Shown piece after piece: positions 54,705-64,000 of a stretch of 64,000 bases of DNA; the stretch's first letter is position 1, and each line of letters opens with the position of its first letter. Below the pieces are notes generated by a model that worked only from the letters and a program-made list of their open reading frames with translations, ran no database searches and had not been told where the DNA came from. Made by a program: the position numbers and the translations under genes. Source of the DNA: Chrysomallon squamiferum (Eukaryota; Animalia; Mollusca); assembly GCA_012295275.1 (NCBI GenBank), contig CM022672.1, positions 9,052,001-9,116,000 on the forward strand. Reading direction: 5' to 3'.

Positions 54705-54790
54705 TGGGCTAATCCCCACAGACGTGGTTATTAAAGGCTCTGGTATGTTCTTTTCTGTCTGTGGGAAAGTGCTTAAAAAAACCTCTTAAA
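54705..54790 (+). mobile_element. Probable SINE central-domain fragment (Nin/Deu-domain-like)
   Basis: tggttattaaaggctctggtatgttcttttctgtctgtgggaaagtgcttaaaaaaacctctt resembles, from memory, the conserved core of invertebrate tRNA-SINEs; no A/B boxes seen. Confidence 0.4.
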
Positions 54791-55272
54791 AATATGTGTA
54801 CAGTGCATGGCTAAATGAAATGCATCTTTATTTCTTATATCTAATATCGCGATTCTCCAAAAAAGTCTTAACAGACTAAGCCCATAAATAAATACACACG
54901 TTTAAGGAAATGAATCAAAGGCTAAAGATTAACAGAAGAAAATAAATAAATGAACATTCATCAGCTAGTTTAAATTCTAGTTATTTATTGTATACAAAAA
55001 CTGTTTACATCCATGTACGTTTTACATTATTAATTTATAGAAAATGGTGGAAAGCTAGAATACAGTTATCTCCCTTAGTACGTTTGTTTCATTAAAACTC
55101 CAAAATAATTTTATTCGCTTTGTATTATTTTATTTTATTTTATTTTATTTTTAAATTCTTGTTAATAGATTTTTTATTTGACAGAAACAAAAATAAATCA
55201 TTATTCTTTTTTTTCTAAATGATCAAGTTGTTATGTAACAAAATAAAATAAAATAAAATAAATTAAAACGAA

Positions 55273-55345
<73 letters not shown>

Positions 55346-55417
55346 AATGAAATGAAATAAAAATATAATTAAATATAATAAATAAAATAAATTATATTAA
55401 TAAAATAAATAAACGAA

Positions 55418-55448
<31 letters not shown>

Positions 55449-56978
55449 ACAAACAAACAAACAAATAAATAAATAAATAAAATGTAATATAATTTTATTT
55501 AATAATGTTAAAAGTTGTCGTGCCATTCATTGACGATTGCCACTTTACACAAGACACAAAAAAAGAAATATAATAATAAATCATATTCATCAAAGGAATA
55601 TCAGTTAAAACGTAAAGACTATTTTCTAGTTCTACACAGCAGTTTATTTCGTAAGTCTGTAACTTGCTCAAACTCAGCTGTGTTATCACCATTAATCACC
55701 TAATATTATCATAGCACAGCAAGAAACTATTCTATTTCTTCCCCTAAAATTTACACTGTGCAAAACTTTATTCAAGAAACAGTAGCAACCTTAATAATTT
55801 AAAATACTTACTACTTTCTTAAATCATGGATGTGTAAAAATATTAATAATAATGAGTGGCAGAAATCAATGACGTATCAATTGCCATGTAGATTCACATG
55901 AAATTGCTACCTTACCTTGGAAACGGTGATTCTGATCGATCGTTTAATTATTTTTTTTCATTTCGTTATTAGCGCAGTCGTGTTCACTCTTTCTTTTTAC
56001 ATAGTTGTTGTTTTATTTTAATATTATATTGTGTTTACAAAGTAAAAACTTAATACGGCTTCGCTGATGTATTTCTGATGCTTTGAAGGTAAAAAAAAAA
56101 AGCTAAAAACATTAACAGACTATAAAACCGAACACTTCGGTAGCATAATACGGCTTATATTATTTATAAAACTTTCGACAAATAACAGAGAAAAATATGT
56201 GTAAAACGGAAAAATTAAAGCCTAATTGTAAATTTAATTTTTTCGATTTATTGGGAGCCGCAGTAGTTAAAAAAATAATATTACATTTTAAATTTTTCCA
56301 TAAATCTTTCCAAGAAGAATTTTAAATCGGTTTCAGTGATATAAATGTTTCTTTAAAATAATCTTTGTATAATTTTTGAAGTATAGAAACATGGTATAAA
56401 TTTAAAATTATTTATACAACAAAATTAGTCTTAAAATATTTAAATTTGTTATAAAGAAAAAATATATATATATAAAGAAAAAATATTTAATAATTTTAAT
56501 TAGTTGTTCTTTTAATGGTACAACCTAGAAAAGAAAAAAAAAAAAAAAAAACATATAACTTTAAAATGAATTATTTCAAAAATCTGTATTAAATAAAATT
56601 CTACAGTTGTATAATCGGTTATTTAATAGGATATATCAAGAAATTAAAAGAAGAAATGCTAAACATAAAAAATATTACATTTCAAAATTTAATAAAATCT
56701 CAAAATATTTCTATAATGAAAATTATATGAGATTTTTATAACAATTATCATTTGGATTAGTTTTTCATCATGCTCTGTATTAGAATAAAATATGATTAAG
56801 ATTATAAGAAGCTTATTTCAAGATATGCTATTACGGAGGAAAATTTAATTATTTTGTAGTTTGAGGAAAATACAGATATGTTATAAATATTATCTTTCTG
56901 AATGTATCCATTACATAAATGTTATAATATAACGATATAAGTGATTGTCATTTTAAAATTAATAACAATAATAATAAT

Positions 56979-57018
<40 letters not shown>

Positions 57019-57924
57019 CAAATGCTCGTAAAACATTAACAGTATCGTGTTTAAAGATGGCGACTATATGAACCTGGAACTTTGATTTGTATGTGTATAC
57101 ACATGCGTAAAATAGTTTGACGTAATAAAACATGTAGAAATATAAAGCAATAGAACCATTTCAATCCTTCGAAACTGGTATCTAACGGAAGTTAATATTT
57201 CACATAACATTATAGAAATATCCATTATCTCATGCTTATTATGAATTGCTAGCACTAAGTAAACAGTAATCTGTGATGACAAACTAGTCAACATTCCTAT
57301 GGCTAACACATCTGGGTTCGATCATTCATCCATTAAGTCACACAGTAAAATGACGTATTCTGCTGTGAATGACATAAAGAAATGTTAATTATTCTTCAGC
57401 ATTAGAACAACTGCTCATTGTTGTTTTCTTTTGTATTAAGGGTGATACCTAATTACTGTGCTAAAGTTAGAAACTGTTAAGGATACTAATGATTGAAAAA
57501 GGAATTTTGGAATATTTTTGAGAGCCTATTAAATAATAATGAATTAACTTTTTAAATTGAAATATATAAGAATGATTCTATCTCTCTTTCTAAAAAAAAA
57601 AAAAAAAAAAAAAATTAAAATAAAAATAAAAATAAAAATAATTAAATAAATAAATTAATTAATAATGCAAATAGATAAAAATATCAGTATCTGAGAGGTA
57701 GATAAATATATCATTCGTTAAACTAATAAACAAAACAAATGTTATAACTGCGAAATAATGTTTTCTGAATCTATCGTCTTTACAGAAAATACTGAATGTT
57801 TCGATAACCAGCTGCAACATAATTTTTCAAATATTTTTTCGGTTGGTACGTTTTTATGACTAAATATGAAAACGTAATTTTCCACATAGGTAAATAAGTA
57901 ACCAAAATAAACAACAGGAATTAT

Positions 57925-57956
<32 letters not shown>

Positions 57957-59232
57957 TTTTTAATAAAAACTATTTTGTAATGTTAATAATCACCAGAAAA
58001 TTACGTTTCTGGTTCCTTTAACATGACGAATCGCGCACAATCTCATCAAGCGATATCTCAGAATCACTTTTTCATATTAATTGACAAAGTAAACGACAGT
58101 ACGATATCGCTGCAACTAAATTTTCAGGATGGGCTACCTCACAGTATCTCTATTATCAAACTCTCATGCCCATAACAAATAGCATTTGCCGCTAATGTAT
58201 CTCAGACGCAGAAGCAGAACAAATTTCCCCTAAATGACTGATAAAACCAAAACTGCGACTCGAAGAACGCTGGCTGCACGGCGCAAACAAACTCTATTAT
58301 TTGTCTGCGTAAGAAACACGGCAAATTTCACAGCCATTGACTTCTGTGAATAATGATCCACTGGCCAATACATGGGCAATTTTCACGCATTTCCCAAGTC
58401 TTAAAAGACACAAACCATGAAATGGGTTTGGGAAGAAATTGCGTTATGAAGAGATCAATTTAGGCGATACGGTGTCACAAACGTATAATCAGCCAAGCGA
58501 CTGCAGGTCAGTGGACATATTTGAAATTAACACGCGGCACTGAGTGGTTTGGTAACATTTAATTTTTTTTTATGATAAAAGGGGAAACATTTTTTTTTTT
58601 TTTTTTTTTTTGCGAGGTTGAAGTTATGATGTTGCAGGAAGATGCTAGCTAGCAAGAGCGATCGTTTTTATTTTGAATAAAAATTAGATTAAGGTTGGTT
58701 TAAAGAAATGAACAGATCTAAAATGTGTAATGATTAAATTATTCGTATGTAGAGGTTTTTTTATAAGAAATATCAAAGAATCGGTTTTTTTTTACTTATT
58801 ATGGGTATAAAAAAAGATTAGATATGAATACATAAATAAATACATAAATAAATAAAATAAAATAAAATAAAATAAAATAAAATAAAATAAAATAAATCAA
58901 TACCAAATCACATAACAGGTCATAACACGACTGTCATAATTTTTTTTCTAAAAAAAGAAGAAATAAATTATATTCAGTACAAATGTTTATTTCAGGCTTT
59001 TAAAGTGTGCTGAGGACCGCACTTTGAAAAAAGATAATATTTTATTCAGGTGATTTAAAACTAATATATTAGTTTATTTTAAATAATTACAGACAATAAT
59101 ATGCAATTTCTATAATTCAAAACGAATATGTTAGTACGACATAACATGATATTAAGAAAACAAATGATCAAAAAAAAAAAAAAAAAAAAAATCTATCACA
59201 CAGAGAAAAATAATGATAAGTAAATAGAAAAT

Positions 59233-59400
59233 GAATATTATGTAAACGTTAATATGTGACAAAAAGACACAGAAGGAATATTATGTAAACATTAACATGT
59301 GATAAAAAGACAGATAATAAATAATAAGTAAACCTTAATATGCTTTTAAAAAATACGAAAAAGACAAACGTAAATTATGTAAATCTTAATGTGTGATAAA
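59233..59400. repeat. Degenerate ~43-bp tandem repeat
   Basis: attatgtaaac.ttaa.atgtga.aaaaagaca recurs about four times. Confidence 0.7.
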
Positions 59401-59660
59401 ATGGGCATATAAATTCGAAAATAGTTTATTGAATACACCTCGTTTAATGTTTTGTATTCATGTTTATTTTTTAATAGATATTCTTGTTAGCTGCCATCTG
59501 TTTCTGACATATACATGTCCGGCTGTTGTGTAGATAGGTAAGAAAATATATTAATATAATGAAGGTAAATTTGCAAAACGTGCTTTCCATCATATATTCT
59601 CAATGTGTTTTATTGTCATTCTTTAAAAATGTACCATATGTTTTTTTAATTAGGAATTAA

Positions 59661-59719
59661 GTGTGTGTAGATGTATGTATGTATGTCAGTGTGTTTGTAT
59701 ATATGTGTGTGGATGCATG

Positions 59720-59778
<59 letters not shown>

Positions 59779-59800
59779 TTATCTATCTATCTATCTATAT
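59661..59800. repeat. (TG)n/(TCTA)n microsatellite
   Basis: Visible runs. Confidence 0.9.
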
Positions 59801-62800
59801 AATAGGCAAAACCAAATACACAAATTATAATTTCAATTTTAATAACAGAAAAGTTTAGTTTTAATTGATTTATTTATTATTATTATTTTAATTGTTATTT
59901 TTCTAAAATGTTATAAATGGTCATTGTCATTTTATAAGCATCTTCGTATTTTCTAATTTGTTTTTAATGTCGTTACTACTGGCTATGTTCTTTTTTGTTT
60001 TCGTTGATTTCATCTTTCTTTCTTAGTTTTTGTTTAATATGTACTTTCTTTCATAATATTATTCCTTCATTTATTTGATTTAGTACCCAGATAAATTTAA
60101 AAAAAAACAAAAAAAAAAAACAACAACAAAAACCTTTTATTTACAGTTAAATATAAACAAACACAAAAAAAACTTAGCGCATCAATTATCAAATTTAGCT
60201 CAAGAAACACATCGAACAAAAACACGTCAAGAAAAAGGAAAAAAAAAAAAAAATTCACAACTTAAATTGCTATCATATTCCTAATCCAATATTTTAACGA
60301 CACTTCAAATATCTGCCTGCATAAATGATTGTGCTAGTCCAAATACGAAACACAAAACTGGCAAAATTATCCTCTGTTTTTCAGGAGCGAGGTGGCACCG
60401 GTATTCCACTATAGCGGTAGTTTTAGATTATTTACTGATATCAGTCTGTTTGACCTCGGGGTCACCGGCTTCTTTCTGGCCAGGTAGAGGTGTTTTCGCT
60501 TGTTGGGTCTCGATTGTGCCCTGCATGTTGTCAACAGGTGCAAATATTGGAACACCTATCAGATTACATTTAACTAATTCAGTGGGCGGGCGATGTATTG
60601 ATGGAGCTAGGAAAACTTAATTTGGTGTCCATTTGTTCCTTCTTTTGTGAGGTGTTTTGATCGCGGGTCAATATTTTGTAAATATTAGAATGTAAATATG
60701 AACTGTTTTTTGTTATTGCTGTTGTTATTGTTGTTGTTGTTGTTGCTATTATTATTATTATTATTATTATTATTAAATTTCTAAGAACTGATGTAGTTTT
60801 AAGCCATGCGTCATGATAACAGAGCTTATACATCTTCTAATAATTATCTTCTACAATTGCAACTATGATCATTCTCTGTAGATTGGTTTTTTAATGATTT
60901 TTCTGTATATCACACAAAGACCATACGAATTAAGACTCTGAATTTCTGTGGATCATGAAAACCGTGATCTTTTATCAGTCACTAAAGATCACGATTTTCT
61001 AAAGGTCACTGTGATCATAAGTCATGGTGATTATGATAACACAGTCTTTTATAATCACGACGATCACAGATCGACAGAAGATCACAATCACAGTCATATA
61101 TGAGTAACAAGCAACTGTGATGTACTTACTGACATCATTCACTAAATGTCACACGAGTTTTACCAAATATTTCTCCTTGCAGTGTTACGATGTCTACCAA
61201 AGAAATCGGAGATAATCAAACACGGATTGGCAGGTACACACCACACTGACATCAACCCTGAACGTGTCTCACTCTTCAGTTTTCCCTCATCTTCGTAATT
61301 CCGGGTGGCCGGGTAGACGAGGACCCTGCCCCGTCATCGTGGAGTGTTACCGCGGTGTTTTTCTTGCCACTGGGGAGGGACACATGACGCGACGTTTGTA
61401 CAGCGTTGACAAGTTTTCTTCTGAAAGCGTTCTGCATGAAACTAAACCCCAGCGACGATTAACTAATCAGCTAATATCCTCATGAATTTTCAGTAGTTTT
61501 AACGAGTGTGATGTCTATAGAATGAAGGAGATTAAGTGAAATTCAGTAACTTAAATAGGCGATATGGAGTGGATGTCACGTTCTTGTTTGTGTTTAAGAA
61601 AGTAACTCAAAATAACAAAAGGCTTTTCTGAGTTCATGTGAGTTCAAGTGAATAGGGTTTTTTTTCACGGTTACATGACGTATATTAAACATGCAGTATA
61701 TCCATAGATTTGAAAATAAACTAAGAACAAATTGAAAATTTATGTTTTGAATAGATAAGTTAATCTGTTTGTGGATCAAGGCTTCAGGTCAGGGTAGAAG
61801 CTTGGGAAATTTCTAAATAAATCAGATTTTAATTCCTCGGAACAGTTTCTTTTCTCTGAAGATTTATATTGTATAATAACATTTATGCGAAATATACAGC
61901 TAGCTGGCAAATTACATATCAAATTTACTACTGACCAGATTTTTAAATTATGATCTTTCATTTAAGGACCAATATATCATATGAAAAACATAAAATATAA
62001 TAAATGTTCTGTCGTATGAATAATTAAGTAGCTGATCATAATGAAAAACATTTTACATTAGACTGATAAAGAATCCAAATAATTCTGCTCGATATTTTTA
62101 ATACATAATTAATAACAGTTAATGTCTTTGTAAAAGACAGCCAAGTGTTAAAGGTATGTTCTTGATTTGTTAAGAAATATTTTTTAAATGTCAATGAGAA
62201 CTATTTGCTAGACGAAATAAATATTAAAGATGTTATGTAGAACGATTCGTTACATAAGGTAAGTAATCCAAAGACAAACAAGAAAAACTAGTTAGAAGAA
62301 TACGTATGTGCTGTTCTGGTGAGCTTTTATAATAATTTCTGTACAGTTTAATATACGAGGTATTTACAAAACATAATACAGCAACAATTATTTAAAAGAA
62401 AACAATGTGAAATACGAATAAATAAAAACTAAATAATAAAATAAATAAATAAAAGAAAGTGATATTTAAAAAGATATATAAAAATCTCTTTGTTAGTAGA
62501 AATTTTAAAGGATATGCAGTGCTATCCATTAGCTAAAATAAGTTTTGAAAAGATATTTGCTCAGTTATTTGCCAGAAGTGTTTTATAAGAGATAAATACT
62601 GAGCAAGTGGCTTAACGGTATGAAATTTTATAAATGATTTGTACTAAGCTAGGTGAAATCTTAAAAGGTATAATTGTAGAGATTTTTTGAAAGCATAATT
62701 TAAACAGGAGAGACAGCTGAAAGTCAAAAGCTAAGCGATAGTAATTTGCCGATCACGTGACGAAATTAATAATTATAAACAAATGAATAAAAAACATCCA

Positions 62801-63046
62801 TACTGTATAAAAAAATAATAATAATTAAAATAAATAAATAAATAAAAATTGATATTTTCATTGTTGTTATTATTATTTTGTGCAACAAAAAATAACTATG
62901 TTTATTAGAGTGGTGCTTGATAAAAAAAAATAATAATAATAATAATAAATAATAAATAAAAAAAAACACTAAAGAGCTGAATTTTTTATTCAGCGTACAC
63001 TTTTTTCTTTCTTTCGTAATAATAAAAACCCCCGAAAAACTCGACC

Positions 63047-63080
<34 letters not shown>

Positions 63081-64000
63081 ATGGTGGCTGCAAGGGCATA
63101 TAACTCTATTATATTATCGTTTGTTCGTCTGCTCTTGCTGGAAAGAGAAAGTAAACGCTGTTTTACAGGATTAAATCTCTTGTTGTTAAAACCAGTACAA
63201 AAATAGCAGCGGCGGTGCAGAGAAAGCCGTGTTGAGAAATACTCGTACGTTTAATTAAGGACTGCTTAAGGCTACAGCTTGTCTGTGTTCCGCGCATTCT
63301 TCATCGCGTCGGGCCGCCGTGCCCGGAGTACAGTTGGCATAAATATACAGCGCAATGAATAGGTAATTTGTTTTCAATGAAATTGCTATTAAACAAGTTA
63401 TTGAAATGTAATTGAAAACCAACTACCGCGTGAGTGAGGTCTTAGCATCGATTAAATAAATATTTGACATGCTCAGGGGGTTCACGTCCGCTAGAAGAGG
63501 TCCTTTCACGACCCGCTAGTTGAGGGGAAAAGTCTGATTTTCGAGTAGATTGCCAATTACTTCTTTGACAATCAATCAAATTAGTGGAGATGCAGTTGAT
63601 TCGCGCAATTGAGAATGCAAATATTTATGTAGTCTTTTTGTAAAAAGTGTAAAAACAGAAAAAATGTTCTTCTTGTCGCCTTTATATCCTTTTTTTTTTT
63701 CTTTTTGTAAAATAACTTTTTTTTTTCTTTTTTCTTTCTTTTATGAACTATGACATAAAGCGTCAATCCGTTCAACATTATTCAGTACTCGTAACCTCTT
63801 ACATATTTTTTTTAGCAAGCCTGATAGTTTGACTGTCGACTAAGTTTGGATGTATTCTAAATGGTTTTAATATAAATTAATTCTCTCTTATTTATTTAAG
63901 ATGTTTTTATTTGTATTTTATGTGAATAATACAGTCGAGAACAGATTTAGTGCCTGGACAGATGTTTGCACATTAAATATTGGTTATCACAGCGAAAGCG

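Overview
Very AT-rich, microsatellite-dense animal DNA; a mollusc or other lophotrochozoan is my inference from repeat style, not proven. The window is dominated by a tandem cluster of nine paralogous 7TM receptor genes (rhodopsin-like class A GPCR) with intronless coding regions. Four lie on + (1172-2350 frameshifted, 6413-7328 deleted, 10468-11649 intact, 18063-19259 intact) and five on - (30146-31273 intact, 35225-36336 decayed, 38675-39798 single frameshift, 44440-45522 intact, 50602-51714 intact), forming two sub-clades that face each other tail-to-tail. The intact copies share a rewired class A signature: EN in TM1, SLSxxD in TM2, MRA/MRT for DRY, THS for CWxP and DPxxF for NPxxY. This suggests a lineage-specific, possibly undescribed chemoreceptor-like family under birth-and-death evolution. 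The sequence records how the array grew: a ~5.26-kb tandem duplication, two inverted Tc1 relics flanking copy 2, patchy gene conversion, and a chimeric copy 7 explained by unequal crossover plus two deletions. Also present are a 323-bp TA-flanked MITE, a pogo/Tigger transposase relic, a probable SINE core fragment, minisatellites and many SSRs. Most other ORF-track entries are SSR or antisense artefacts. Numbers such as 3.50 are Ballesteros-Weinstein positions assigned by eye.
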